Source: Candidatus Nealsonbacteria bacterium
GTDB taxonomy: Bacteria; Patescibacteriota; Minisyncoccia; Minisyncoccales; PWPS01
Direction: 5' to 3'
Assembly: GCA_003560095.1 (NCBI GenBank)
Contig: PWJI01000018.1
Location: forward strand, 1 to 57,477
Length of the DNA: 57,477 nucleotides
Part shown: piece after piece, positions 1-8,979 of the stretch
Position numbering within the stretch: position 1 is the stretch's first letter
Layout of the letters: the number at the start of each line of letters is the position of its first letter
Notes under the pieces: model-generated
What the model was told of the DNA's origin: nothing
The model's input: the letters and a program-made list of their open reading frames with translations, nothing else
Databases searched by the model: none
Position numbers and translations under genes: made by a program

Positions 1-801
1 ATTACCCTTTCTTATTCTTCTGAAGACATATTATCACCATCTCTTTTTATGGGATCGAGCAGAATAAGACAACTTTCTCAGGGAGCGGGAACTTATACGC
101 GCACAGGACTTTCTCCTGATACGGAATATACCTTTTATTTACGTGACGGACTTTTTGGTAGCTCCAATGAAATTGCCAGAGCGGTTTGTAGAACCAAGGA
201 TCGTGAAATTGATCCGGGAAAAGCAATGGATGTTTATAAAAAAGTAAGAAGCTTGGAAGAAGAAGGAGATTGGCTAAATAGCATTACAGTGGCTCCCGGA
301 GAAGAAATTTCTTTTTCCATTAAGGTAAGTGCCGGAGATAAAGATGTTTATGATATTTCTTTAAGAGATATTATGCCTGAAAATATCAACTACAAAGGAA
401 ATTTGAAAATTGACGGAGAAAGTGTTTCGGGAGATATTACTGATGGGATAATGATTGATCTTATCACTAAGAATCAATCAAAAACAATTTCTTTTGATGC
501 TCAAGTTGCCTCAAGAGATAACTTTGAGGTTGGAACCACAACACTAACCAACACAGTAAAAGCATCTTCCAAGAAAGACTCTCTTGAAGATACGGCAATA
601 ATAAAAGTTATTAAAGGCGAGGAAAAAGGACCTCCTACAGAGGCTCCAACCGGTATTACGGGAAACAAAGTAATTGATTACGGAGGAATTCCACTTACCC
701 TAATAACGATTATTTTTGCCCTCTTTAAAAGAAATGTTATTGAGCTTTTAGGGAGAGGAGAAGGAGTAAGAAAAGAAATTTTAGCAGAATGGATTTCGTA
801 A
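1..801 (+). CDS. C-terminal part of a large cell-surface protein (FN3-like plus DUF11-type repeat region, C-terminal TM segment); 5' end lies off-window
   Basis: Frame 1 is open from base 1, with no stop before the listed Met at 49. GLSPDTEYTFYL is FN3-like. Hydrophobic IPLTLITIIFALF is followed by KR near the C-terminus. Confidence 0.6.
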   Translation: MTLSYSSEDILSPSLFMGSSRIRQLSQGAGTYTRTGLSPDTEYTFYLRDGLFGSSNEIARAVCRTKDREIDPGKAMDVYKKVRSLEEEGDWLNSITVAPGEEISFSIKVSAGDKDVYDISLRDIMPENINYKGNLKIDGESVSGDITDGIMIDLITKNQSKTISFDAQVASRDNFEVGTTTLTNTVKASSKKDSLEDTAIIKVIKGEEKGPPTEAPTGITGNKVIDYGGIPLTLITIIFALFKRNVIELLGRGEGVRKEILAEWIS

Positions 802-825
802 ATTTATCAGTTCTTTTGAAATAAC

Positions 826-852
826 AAAAAATCGCCCTTTGGGCGGTTTTTT
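826..852 (+). terminator. Rho-independent terminator
   Basis: cgccc(833-837)/gggcg(841-845) stem with a ttt loop. The stem is flanked by an A-tract and followed by a T-run (847-852). Confidence 0.75.
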
Positions 853-867
853 GTTATAATAAGCAAT

Positions 868-1644
868 ATGCAAAAAAAAGAAAAAGAAAATGTAATGGCG
901 ATTTATAAGCCGGTGGGACAGTCTCCGCTTGATGCAATAAATTTTGTAAAAGAAAAAAACCTCAAACTAAAAAGGGAAAAAATAGGGTATGCCGGAAGAT
1001 TGGATCCTTTGGCTGAAGGAGTTGTTTTGCTCGTGAAAGGAGAAAGTTTAAAAAACTTTAAAGATTATTTGAGACTTGATAAAGAATACGAGGCAAAAAT
1101 TCTTTTTGGATTTACCACTGATACTTATGACATTCTTGGAATTGCTCAAAAAGGAGAAAGAAAAAAAATAGATAAAAAAGAAATTGAAAAGATTTTTAAA
1201 AAAATGGAAGGAGAGTTTTCTTTTTCTATTCCTCCTTTTTCTTCTTATAGAGTCAAGAAAAAGCCTCTTTTTTGGTGGGCAAGAGAGGGAAGGCTTTGCG
1301 AGATAGAGATTCCCCAAAAAGAGGCAAAAATCTACTCAATTAAGGTATTGCAAAGTGAGTTTATTACGGAAAAAAGACTTAAAGAAAAAATTTTAGAAAA
1401 GCTTATAAAAGTGAAAGGAGATTTTCGTCAAAATAGAATTATAGAAAACTGGGAAAAAATATTGGATGAAAGAAAACAAAATAAATACCTAGTGATAAGC
1501 TTGAAAATTTCTTGTAGTAGTGGTTGTTATATTAGAAGTATTGCCAATATAGCAGGAGAGAGTATGGGTACCGGAGGAACTCTTTTTCATTTAAAGAGAA
1601 CAAGAGTTGGAGATTACGGAATAAAAGACTGCATTAAATCGTAA
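868..1644 (+). CDS. truB: tRNA pseudouridine(55) synthase TruB
   Basis: IYKPVGQSPLD and GYAGRLDPLAEGVVLL catalytic Asp motif. An alternative start is Met at 895. Confidence 0.85.
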   Translation: MQKKEKENVMAIYKPVGQSPLDAINFVKEKNLKLKREKIGYAGRLDPLAEGVVLLVKGESLKNFKDYLRLDKEYEAKILFGFTTDTYDILGIAQKGERKKIDKKEIEKIFKKMEGEFSFSIPPFSSYRVKKKPLFWWAREGRLCEIEIPQKEAKIYSIKVLQSEFITEKRLKEKILEKLIKVKGDFRQNRIIENWEKILDERKQNKYLVISLKISCSSGCYIRSIANIAGESMGTGGTLFHLKRTRVGDYGIKDCIKS

Positions 1645-1717
1645 AATAACTTGATTTTTAAGTTATTTTGCTTTATCTTATTTATTGATTTATAATTAAA
1701 AATATACGTAAAGTCTT

Positions 1718-2644
1718 TTGATTAAGCTAACAGAACAAAATATGCGCTATAAAGAAACAATTATTGGCTTTATTTTTGTCATAATAATGGCCGGAGGAAT
1801 ATTTTCCTTTTTCTACTTTTCGCTTGGAGACAGTGTGAGGGGTTTTGTTTCTGACTTTGTTGGAAAAGATTTTTCCGTGCAAATAAAGTCTCCTGACTCT
1901 ACGCAAGAATTAGACCACTTGGAAGATGAAACGTACTCTCCGGGACCTTTAGTTAAAGAAAATGAGGAAAATGGAGAAGGATTTTTAACAAGAGAAGGTA
2001 TCATTAAACAAACAAACAAACAACGTGAAAATTTTAATAGAGAAATTTTAAAAGAAAACTACAAGCTAAATGAAATTGCGCAGATAAAGCTGGATGATAT
2101 GTTTGAAGGCAATTACTTTGCGCATGTTTCTCCTTCGGGAGAAAGTGTTGGTGATATTGCAAAAAAATCAACTTACGAATTTTTATTTATTGGAGACAAT
2201 TTAGCAAAAGGAACTTATAGAGACGATGAAGATGTGGTTTTTGCCTGGATGGATAGTCCCGGTCATCGGCAAAATATTTTAAATGAAAGATATATGGAGA
2301 TAGGTGTGGCAGCGGGAAAGGGGATGTTTGAAGATAGAGAAATTTGGATGGCTGTTCAGGTTTTTTCTACACCTGTCTCTGCCTGCCCCGAAGTTGATGA
2401 ATCTCTTAAAGAAGAAATTGATAATAAAAAAAGACAAATTGAAGAAATAGTTGAAAAAAGAAGGCAGCTTGAAGAAGAAATTGATAATATAGATGAAAAA
2501 GGAGGGAGTCTTCATGCAGAAAAATCTTTTAAGTACAATCAACTCGGAAAAGAACACGATAAGGTTGTTACTTCCAAAAACAAGCTAATAGACGAGTATA
2601 ATTCTCAAGTAAGAGAAAGGCGAGCTTGTATTGATAATATGTAG
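1718..2644 (+). CDS. CAP/SCP (YkwD-like) domain protein with N-terminal TM and C-terminal coiled coil
   Basis: YFAHVSPSGE, GDNLAKG and WMDSPGHRQNIL..YMEIGV motifs. TTG start at 1718, alternative ATG at 1742. Confidence 0.7.
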   Translation: MIKLTEQNMRYKETIIGFIFVIIMAGGIFSFFYFSLGDSVRGFVSDFVGKDFSVQIKSPDSTQELDHLEDETYSPGPLVKENEENGEGFLTREGIIKQTNKQRENFNREILKENYKLNEIAQIKLDDMFEGNYFAHVSPSGESVGDIAKKSTYEFLFIGDNLAKGTYRDDEDVVFAWMDSPGHRQNILNERYMEIGVAAGKGMFEDREIWMAVQVFSTPVSACPEVDESLKEEIDNKKRQIEEIVEKRRQLEEEIDNIDEKGGSLHAEKSFKYNQLGKEHDKVVTSKNKLIDEYNSQVRERRACIDNM

Positions 2645-2663
2645 GATAGAACTATTTTTTAAA

Positions 2664-3212
2664 ATGGATGTCAAAAAAATTATTGATAAGTATTATTTGA
2701 AAAATAATTCCGCTCGCAATGTTCTTTTATCTCACGGAAAAGCTGTTTCGCGTAAAGCCTTGGAAATTGCAGAAAAAAACAAGCATCTTAATCCCGATAT
2801 TCAATTTATTAAAGAAGCATCATTAGTGCATGATATGGGAATGATTTTAACCGATTCGCCGGAAATATTTTGTTATGGAGACAAAGAATACATTTTGCAT
2901 GGAGTTTTGGGAGCCGAGATTTTAAAAAAAGAGGGGCTTGAAAAGCACGCCCTTGTATGTGAAAGACATATTGGAGTGGGAATAACTTTAAGAGATATTA
3001 AAGAAAATAATCTTCCACTACCCAAAAGAGATATGATTCCAATATCAATAGAAGAAGAAATTATTTGTCTTGCCGATAAATTTTTTAGCAAAAAAAAGAA
3101 CAATTTTTTTACTGAAAAGACAATATCCGAGGTTATTAAAAAAATAGGTGGTCACGGTAAAGAAAAAGAAGAGAAAATAAATTTTTTATTAAAAAAATAT
3201 TCCTTAGTCTAA
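2664..3212 (+). CDS. HD/HDIG-domain phosphohydrolase
   Basis: SLVHDMGM, HGVLGAEIL and CERHIGVGIT motifs. The ATG at 2664 is preferred over the TTG at 2631, which overlaps the upstream gene. Confidence 0.7.
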   Translation: MDVKKIIDKYYLKNNSARNVLLSHGKAVSRKALEIAEKNKHLNPDIQFIKEASLVHDMGMILTDSPEIFCYGDKEYILHGVLGAEILKKEGLEKHALVCERHIGVGITLRDIKENNLPLPKRDMIPISIEEEIICLADKFFSKKKNNFFTEKTISEVIKKIGGHGKEKEEKINFLLKKYSLV

Positions 3213-3250
3213 TTAAGTAAAGTAGTTTATAAGGTTAAATTCAAAATTAA

Positions 3251-4411
3251 ATGTTTCAAGGAAAAGTAATAGGTGTTGCTATATTTTTCTTTTTTATTTT
3301 TGCGGGCCTCTTGTATTATTCGTTTGAGTACTCGGAAAAAATACAACTTATAAAAGCTGCAAGCAATATGCAAGGTCTTGATTCTTATACTGTGGAATTT
3401 GATGTAGCTATTGAAAACATAGAGGACGAAAAAAAGATGGGAAAATTTAATTTCACGGGAGAAATGAATGCGGATTTTGCCAATGAAAAAATGAGCGGAG
3501 ATATTTATTTTCGTGGAGATTTTCAAGAAATGGGAATGAATTTGGGAATTTCTCTTCCTCTTTCAATTGTTATTTATAAAGAAAATCTTTACTTAAAGGT
3601 AGAAAAATTGCCTTTTATGATAACGATGCTTATTCCACGTGAAATAAGTGAAAAAGCAGTAGGGGAGTGGATTTTTGTCTCCCTTGAAGATATTGAAGAA
3701 TTAGAGGGGGGAGAAGATATAGATGAAAAAGAAATAGAAGAAGCGGCTCACAAGCTTGTAGAGAGTTTTTTGAAAAGAGACATACTTTTGATAAAAGGCG
3801 AAGAAAGGGAGTACTTAGATGGCAAAGAAGTGAGTAAGTATGAGATTAATATTGACACAAAAGAGTTTATCGATTTTCTAGAAGAAGATCTATACTATTT
3901 TATAGGAAAAATAGGAGTTGAGGATTTTGATGATTTTATAAAAGAGGAAGAAGAGAGGCAAAAAATAGTCGAAGTAATTGAAAGCTTGCAAGAAAATATG
4001 AGTGTTTATGTTTGGGCGGATGAAAATTATATTTACAAGATAAATTTTGATTTTGAAATTGGAAAAGAAGAAGCCAAAAGCTCTACTACTTTAATTTCCT
4101 CAAATTTTAGGTTTAAAAACTTTAATAAAAGTTTTGGTATTGAGCCGCCGGAAAATTTTATTCCAATGGAAGATCTTACGGATGCGTTAAATTTTATTTC
4201 CTTCTTTAGAGAAGAAGATGACCATTATAAAAAAAGAGAAGGAAAAGAGGAAGGAGTCAAAGAAAATAAAGATTTTTTAGAAATAATTAACGTAGAGGAA
4301 AAAGAAGAGGAAAATAATTTTCCCGAAGATATAAATGAAGAAAAACTAGACTCACAAAGCCACCCTCAAGATAAATCGGGAATAAAAAATTTAAATAAAT
4401 TTGCCTTTTAA
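3251..4411 (+). CDS. hypothetical TM-anchored acidic protein
   Basis: Long ORF with an N-terminal hydrophobic segment. No motif recognised. Confidence 0.55.
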   Translation: MFQGKVIGVAIFFFFIFAGLLYYSFEYSEKIQLIKAASNMQGLDSYTVEFDVAIENIEDEKKMGKFNFTGEMNADFANEKMSGDIYFRGDFQEMGMNLGISLPLSIVIYKENLYLKVEKLPFMITMLIPREISEKAVGEWIFVSLEDIEELEGGEDIDEKEIEEAAHKLVESFLKRDILLIKGEEREYLDGKEVSKYEINIDTKEFIDFLEEDLYYFIGKIGVEDFDDFIKEEEERQKIVEVIESLQENMSVYVWADENYIYKINFDFEIGKEEAKSSTTLISSNFRFKNFNKSFGIEPPENFIPMEDLTDALNFISFFREEDDHYKKREGKEEGVKENKDFLEIINVEEKEEENNFPEDINEEKLDSQSHPQDKSGIKNLNKFAF

Positions 4412-4438
4412 AAATCCCGTAAAAAGCGGGATTTTTTC
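4411..4438 (+). terminator. Rho-independent terminator
   Basis: aaaatcccg(4411-4419)/cgggatttt(4427-4435) stem followed by a T-run. Confidence 0.8.
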
Positions 4439-4487
4439 CTTAAAATTTTTATACTCTAAAAAGGCAAGTACTTTTATAAAATACAAC

Positions 4488-5288
4488 ATGAAATCAAGAA
4501 AAAAAATTAAAATTGGTTTGGCACTGGGAAGTGGAGGCGCAAAAGGTCTTTCGCATATAGGAGTGATTAAAGTACTTGAAAAAAACAATATATCAATTGA
4601 CTATGTTGCCGGATCAAGCATAGGTGCTTTGGTGGGGGGAGCTTATGCAGCGACAAAAGATATAAGAAAAATAGAAAAGGTAGTTTTGGATGCTGACTTA
4701 AGAAAAGCTTTTTCTTTGATTGATCCGGCGTTAAGGAGTGGGCTTATTGGAGGAAAAAAAGTAAAAGACTTTATTGAAAGCCAAACAAAAGAAAAAAAAA
4801 TTGAAGATCTTTTGATTCCTTTTTCCGTAGTGGCTACCGATTTAAAAAATGGCGAATCTGTTATTATAAAAAAAGGTGATGCTGCGCAGGCAATAAGAGC
4901 AAGCATTTCTTTTCCTTTAGTATTTAAGCCAATTAAGATTAAAAAAAGAGTTCTTGGAGATGGAGGACTTTCTCTTCCTGTTCCCGTGAGGGTGGTAAAA
5001 GAAATGGGAGCAGATGTTGTTATTGCTGTTAATTTGGATAGTAATTACTTTGACCGAAGAAATGTGCGTGAAAAATTAGGATTTTACGGTGTTGCCAGCA
5101 ATTCTTTAAATATTTTACGTTTTCATTTGGCAGAAAATAATACAAAAGAGGCTGATGTAACAATTTTGCCCAAGACGGGGAACATTTCTTGGAGTAAATT
5201 TATCAAGGGAAAGGATGTTATTGCCAGCGGAGAAAAGGCAGCAAAAAGGAAGATAAATCACTTAAAAAGAGTAATTGAAGAAAGTTGA
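4488..5288 (+). CDS. patatin-like phospholipase (RssA-like)
   Basis: GLALGSGGAKG oxyanion motif, GSSIG nucleophile elbow (GXSXG) and DGG catalytic Asp motif. The start is moved to ATG 4488 because the 4401 start would read through the terminator. Confidence 0.8.
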   Translation: MKSRKKIKIGLALGSGGAKGLSHIGVIKVLEKNNISIDYVAGSSIGALVGGAYAATKDIRKIEKVVLDADLRKAFSLIDPALRSGLIGGKKVKDFIESQTKEKKIEDLLIPFSVVATDLKNGESVIIKKGDAAQAIRASISFPLVFKPIKIKKRVLGDGGLSLPVPVRVVKEMGADVVIAVNLDSNYFDRRNVREKLGFYGVASNSLNILRFHLAENNTKEADVTILPKTGNISWSKFIKGKDVIASGEKAAKRKINHLKRVIEES

Positions 5289-5339
5289 TATTTTTATCTT
5301 CTTTGTTAAACTGAAATAATACTATATATAGATAGGAAT

Positions 5340-6083
5340 ATGATAAAAGGAAAAAAGAGCATAATTGTTTTTTTGGTTATTGTTTTGTTTTTTGGTATCT
5401 TTTACTTTTATCTTAGAGAAGGGGATCCCGAAAAAGAAGAAGATGATGATATTTATGTTGGAGAAGTTTATGAAAGTGAAGAGTTTGGTTACTCTATTAT
5501 TTATCCCCGAGAATGGGAATTAAACGAAGATGTTACTCTTTCTTTTTTTCATCATGCCCTAAGAGAAGATTATTATTCTCAAAGAAAAATAGACTTTAAT
5601 ACTTACTATCAGGTTTCCGGAGTTAATTTTTCAGGAAAATCTCCTCTTGTTTATATCGATGGTGAGATTGGTTATAATATCGAAAAGAGAGTTTATATAA
5701 ATATCAATCTTTTTACGGCAAGACAGTGGTATGATGTTGCGGCCACCGCTGATGCACGAGATGACGGAAAAATAAGCTCTGCTGATTTTATAAGAAGAAC
5801 TAATCAAATAATAGAAGAGGGGGATGTGCAAGAGGACAGAGAGAAAATATTTGATCCTTGGATGACTCAAGGGCATGAAATTAAGGTGGGAGATAAAAAT
5901 GTTTTGAAAGTTACAAAAGAAGGAGATCACCGTTACGATGGTTATCAGTATTATATTTTTTCTTATGGAAGATATATTTTTGTTTTTAGGTTTGGTTACG
6001 GAGGACCTGTGTTGCCGCGGGAAATGTGGCATAGAAATGACAATCACGTGAAAGAAATAATAGCATCAATGGAATTATTTTAG
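5340..6083 (+). CDS. hypothetical protein with N-terminal TM
   Basis: Long ORF with signal/anchor-like IIVFLVIVLFFGIF. No motif recognised. Confidence 0.5.
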   Translation: MIKGKKSIIVFLVIVLFFGIFYFYLREGDPEKEEDDDIYVGEVYESEEFGYSIIYPREWELNEDVTLSFFHHALREDYYSQRKIDFNTYYQVSGVNFSGKSPLVYIDGEIGYNIEKRVYININLFTARQWYDVAATADARDDGKISSADFIRRTNQIIEEGDVQEDREKIFDPWMTQGHEIKVGDKNVLKVTKEGDHRYDGYQYYIFSYGRYIFVFRFGYGGPVLPREMWHRNDNHVKEIIASMELF

Positions 6084-6141
6084 CTACAATAAAGTCATCA
6101 TTCTCGCATAATTAATAATTAGAAGTAGCTTTTTTTATTTT

Positions 6142-6537
6142 ATGGACCCTGAAAGATTTGAAAAATTGGTTAAAGAAGCTGTAAAAGAGCTTCCTAAAGA
6201 GGTTAGAGAAAAAATGGACAATGTTGCAATTTGCGTTGAAGAAAAACCAAGTCGCTATATTGAAAGAAAAAGGGGAGGAGTTCGTAAAAATAGTTTTTTG
6301 TTGGGTTTTTATCAAGGAGTTCCCAAAAATGTGTGGGGGAGAGGTTTTGGCGGAAATTTACCCGACAAAATTACCATTTTTCAAGAATCAATCGAGAGAT
6401 TTGCAAAAACAGAAGAAAAAATAAAAAAAACGGTAAAAAGAACGGTGTATCACGAAATAGCACATCATTTTGGCTTTAGTGAGGCGCAGGTAAGAAAATT
6501 AGAAAAAAACTTTTATGAAAAAAATAGAAATAATTAG
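6142..6537 (+). CDS. small zincin-type metallopeptidase family protein (Zincin_1/DUF1025-like)
   Basis: HEIAHHFGFSE (HExxH) at the C-terminus. Size and layout are typical of the family. Confidence 0.7.
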   Translation: MDPERFEKLVKEAVKELPKEVREKMDNVAICVEEKPSRYIERKRGGVRKNSFLLGFYQGVPKNVWGRGFGGNLPDKITIFQESIERFAKTEEKIKKTVKRTVYHEIAHHFGFSEAQVRKLEKNFYEKNRNN

Positions 6538-6940
6538 CAGAGCAGTTATTTTAAAAAAAGAAGGATTTTTATTGTGCAAAGAAAAAAATAATGACTACTA
6601 TTTTTTTCCGGGAGGGCATGTTGAATTTAATGAATTTTCAAAAAAAGCATTAAAAAGAGAGTTTCAGGAAGAACTTTCCTTGAAGGTAAATGAATTAAAG
6701 CTTATTGGTGTTGTTGAAAATATTTACTTTTCGAAAGGCACGAAAAGGCAAGAAGTTAACTTTGTTTATTTTACAAACTCCAAAGAAGTAGAATTAAAAA
6801 GCAGGGAAGAGCATATTGATTTTTTTCTTATCAAAGAAAAGGACTTTCAAAAAGAAGACGTACGACCGAAAAAATTGAAAAATGAAATAATAAAATGGAG
6901 AAAGAATAAGAAATTTTTTCATATAATGGTAAAAGATTAG
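6515..6940 (+). CDS. NUDIX hydrolase
   Basis: Nudix box GGHVEFNEFSKKALKREFQEELSL. Confidence 0.8.
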   Translation: MKKIEIISRAVILKKEGFLLCKEKNNDYYFFPGGHVEFNEFSKKALKREFQEELSLKVNELKLIGVVENIYFSKGTKRQEVNFVYFTNSKEVELKSREEHIDFFLIKEKDFQKEDVRPKKLKNEIIKWRKNKKFFHIMVKD

Positions 6941-7120
6941 ATGTCTTTTAATATAAAATGGTGGCAACTTATTTTTTACGAAACTGCTGTTTTGTCACTC
7001 GGTATTGTTTTGGGATCTTATTGGAGTGATTTTTTCTTTGACTACATATACTTGTTTCTTTTTCTTTTTGCTGTTTGTGGTTTATACACTTTGCACGTAC
7101 TTACAAGTCAAATAAAATAG
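6941..7120 (+). CDS. small (59 aa) two-TM membrane protein, below the ORF-track cutoff
   Basis: ATG 6941 directly abuts the TAG of the NUDIX gene. Hand translation gives MSFNIKWWQLIFYETAVLSLGIVLGSYWSDFFFDYIYLFLFLFAVCGLYTLHVLTSQIK, ending at TAG 7118-7120. Confidence 0.45.
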   Translation: MSFNIKWWQLIFYETAVLSLGIVLGSYWSDFFFDYIYLFLFLFAVCGLYTLHVLTSQIK

Positions 7121-7127
7121 ATTTATA

Positions 7128-7898
7128 ATGTCTCAATATTATAAAGGAAAAAGAACCAGAAATATTTATAATCCAAAGGAGGAAAAGCCTTTTAAGTTAA
7201 GTAGGTCAAAAATAGATCTTTTTTTAAATTGCCCTCAATGCTTTTACATTGATAGAAGGCTTGGTGTGGGAACTCCTCCGGGATTTCCTTTTGCAATAAA
7301 TTCTGCTGTTGATAAATTACTCAAGCAAGAATTCGATGGTCATCGAGAAGAAGAAACAAAGCATCCTCTTTTGGAAAAGTATAAAATAGACGCTATTCCC
7401 GCAAAACACGAAAATATTGAGGATTGGCGAGAAAACTTTAAAGGCGTGCAATTTCATCATAAGCCAACAAATTTTATTATTAGTGGAGCAATTGATGATT
7501 TGTGGATTTCCAATTCGGGGGAGTATATTGTAGTTGATTATAAAGCTACAAGCAAGGAAGAAGATATTGTGGAGTTAAACAAGGAGTGGCAAGACTCTTA
7601 TAAGAGGCAAATGGAAGTTTATCAATGGCTTTTAAGAAAGAATAATCTCGAAGTTTCCGATACGGGTTATTTTGTCTATTGTAACGGAAGAACGGATAAA
7701 GAGGCTTTTGATGGTAAAATAGAATTTGATATTACCCTTATACCCTATGAAGGTGATGACTCTTGGATAGAAAAAGAGCTTTACAAAATCAAAGAAGTGC
7801 TTGACTCAGAAATTGTTCCAAAATCAGACCCGGAATGTGATTTTTGTCTTTACAGAAATGAAGCAAATAAAGCGTTAAAAGAAAAAGGCGTGTATTGA
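7128..7898 (+). CDS. PD-(D/E)XK nuclease family protein with Cas4/AddB-like Cys cluster
   Basis: CPQCFY near the N-terminus, DDLW..VVDYK nuclease core, and CDFC near the C-terminus. Confidence 0.65.
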   Translation: MSQYYKGKRTRNIYNPKEEKPFKLSRSKIDLFLNCPQCFYIDRRLGVGTPPGFPFAINSAVDKLLKQEFDGHREEETKHPLLEKYKIDAIPAKHENIEDWRENFKGVQFHHKPTNFIISGAIDDLWISNSGEYIVVDYKATSKEEDIVELNKEWQDSYKRQMEVYQWLLRKNNLEVSDTGYFVYCNGRTDKEAFDGKIEFDITLIPYEGDDSWIEKELYKIKEVLDSEIVPKSDPECDFCLYRNEANKALKEKGVY

Positions 7899-7983
7899 TT
7901 TTTTGAAAAAAGTTTGTAAAATAAAAAGTAGAGGGATTTTAGGGTTTTTTGCTCATTATCAAAAAAAAGGGAGATGATTTTTT

Positions 7984-8394
7984 TTGCTAGAAAAGAAAGT
8001 TTACAGTAGTTCCAGTTGTAGAAACGAAGCGGCAATCGAGAGTCAGGACCCTGCAAGGGAAGAGTATATAAAAAAATATATAGAAAAATCTCTTAGCAGG
8101 CCCGGAGAAAGGTTGGTTCTCGAGATGGAGGCAAGTATTTCCTTGTGTAGTGGAGAAGCTCACGAGGATTGTTTTAAAATGTGTATTGGTAATTGCGATG
8201 AGGCCGATACATGCTTTGGAAAGATTATTGTAAAAGATAATCTTTCGCGTTCCATTTTTGAACATGATCTTGTTGTCGTTGATAAGGATACACCAATCGG
8301 AGTAAAGCTATTAGCGGCAAAAGAAAACGAAATAGTTCAATTTCGGGATGCGGATAAAAGACTTTATATGATAAGAATAATAGGCAAGCCGTAA
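7984..8394 (+). CDS. GreA/GreB C-terminal-domain (Rnk-like) small protein with a central Cys-rich insert
   Basis: The C-terminal DTPIGVKLLAAKENEIVQF..YMIRIIG resembles the GreA C-domain. TTG start with SD aagggaga at 7964-7971. Cys pattern CSGEAHEDCFKMCIGNCDEADTC. Confidence 0.55.
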   Translation: MLEKKVYSSSSCRNEAAIESQDPAREEYIKKYIEKSLSRPGERLVLEMEASISLCSGEAHEDCFKMCIGNCDEADTCFGKIIVKDNLSRSIFEHDLVVVDKDTPIGVKLLAAKENEIVQFRDADKRLYMIRIIGKP

Positions 8395-8473
8395 AAAAAA
8401 TAGAGCAAAAAACCCTATAACAAAGGGGAGTTACGAAAACTCCTCTTTTCCTTTGTGAGGGCAATAAAAACAA

Positions 8474-8505
8474 TTGACACTAAGCTTTTTTTGTGTCAGT
8501 ATATA
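8474..8505 (+). promoter_or_regulatory. candidate promoter of RNase P RNA
   Basis: TTGACA at 8474-8479. The -10 candidates are cagtat (17-nt spacer) or tatata (8500-8505), just upstream of the mature 5' end. Confidence 0.4.
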
Positions 8506-8508
8506 CAC

Positions 8509-8957
8509 GCCCAAGCAAGCAAGGTAATCGCTCTTTGATTTAAGCTTTTTTGTTAAAATAAGTTTAACAAAGAGAGGAAAGTCCGAACACTCCCCCTGAG
8601 CTTGTCAAAGGGGAGCAAGGTAGCGGGTAATTCCCGTCCGCCGTGAGGCGAGGGGTGCGAGCAGAGACGCCTTTTTCTGGAAAGAAGAGGGCGTCCCACA
8701 AAGCCCGAAAGGGCGTAGTGGGACGAATTGAGCCATAAGGTATTTTACCAAAAGCTCAGCTGAAACGGCTAAATCCCTACCCGAGTGCAAGAGCAAGCAT
8801 GCTGGACGCATACATATGTGTGTTTTAGCAGGGTGGCTCGCTTAGAGCTTTGAAGTAATTCAAAGTCAAAGATAAATGATTACCTCTCTTTTTATTTGCT
8901 TTTATTTGAAAGTAAGATTAAAAGAGTTACAGAATTCGGCTTATTGCTTGCTTGGGC
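8509..8957 (+). ncRNA. rnpB: RNase P RNA (bacterial type A-like)
   Basis: GAGGAAAGTCCG (P4 5' strand) and ACAGAATTCGGCTTA (P4 3' strand). A perfect 12-bp P1 pairs gcccaagcaagc (8509-8520) with gcttgcttgggc (8946-8957). Confidence 0.9.
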
Positions 8958-8979
8958 TTTTTATATTTAAATTGAGATA

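Noticed and set aside
640-801. Sortase-type sorting signal (APTG + TM + KR) at the end of the partial surface protein
   Set aside because: The motif is not LPXTG-like enough. About 30 residues follow the TM segment, unlike a sorting signal.
4401-4487. Upstream start (4401) for the patatin-like gene
   Set aside because: That start would read through a strong intrinsic terminator (4411-4438). The conserved domain begins right after Met 4488.
8005-8115. Loose resemblance to ykkC/guanidine-I riboswitch blocks (uaguuccag, aucgagag, ggcccggagaaagg)
   Set aside because: Each block departs from near-invariant positions (UAGGGUUCCG, GGUCCGAGAG, GCCCGGGAGA). The region lies inside an ORF with an SD. 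The downstream gene class does not fit.
8225-8811. ORFs 8225..8473 (-) and 8605..8811 (-)
   Set aside because: They overlap the GreA-like gene end and the RNase P RNA, whose identity is supported by the P1 and P4 signatures.
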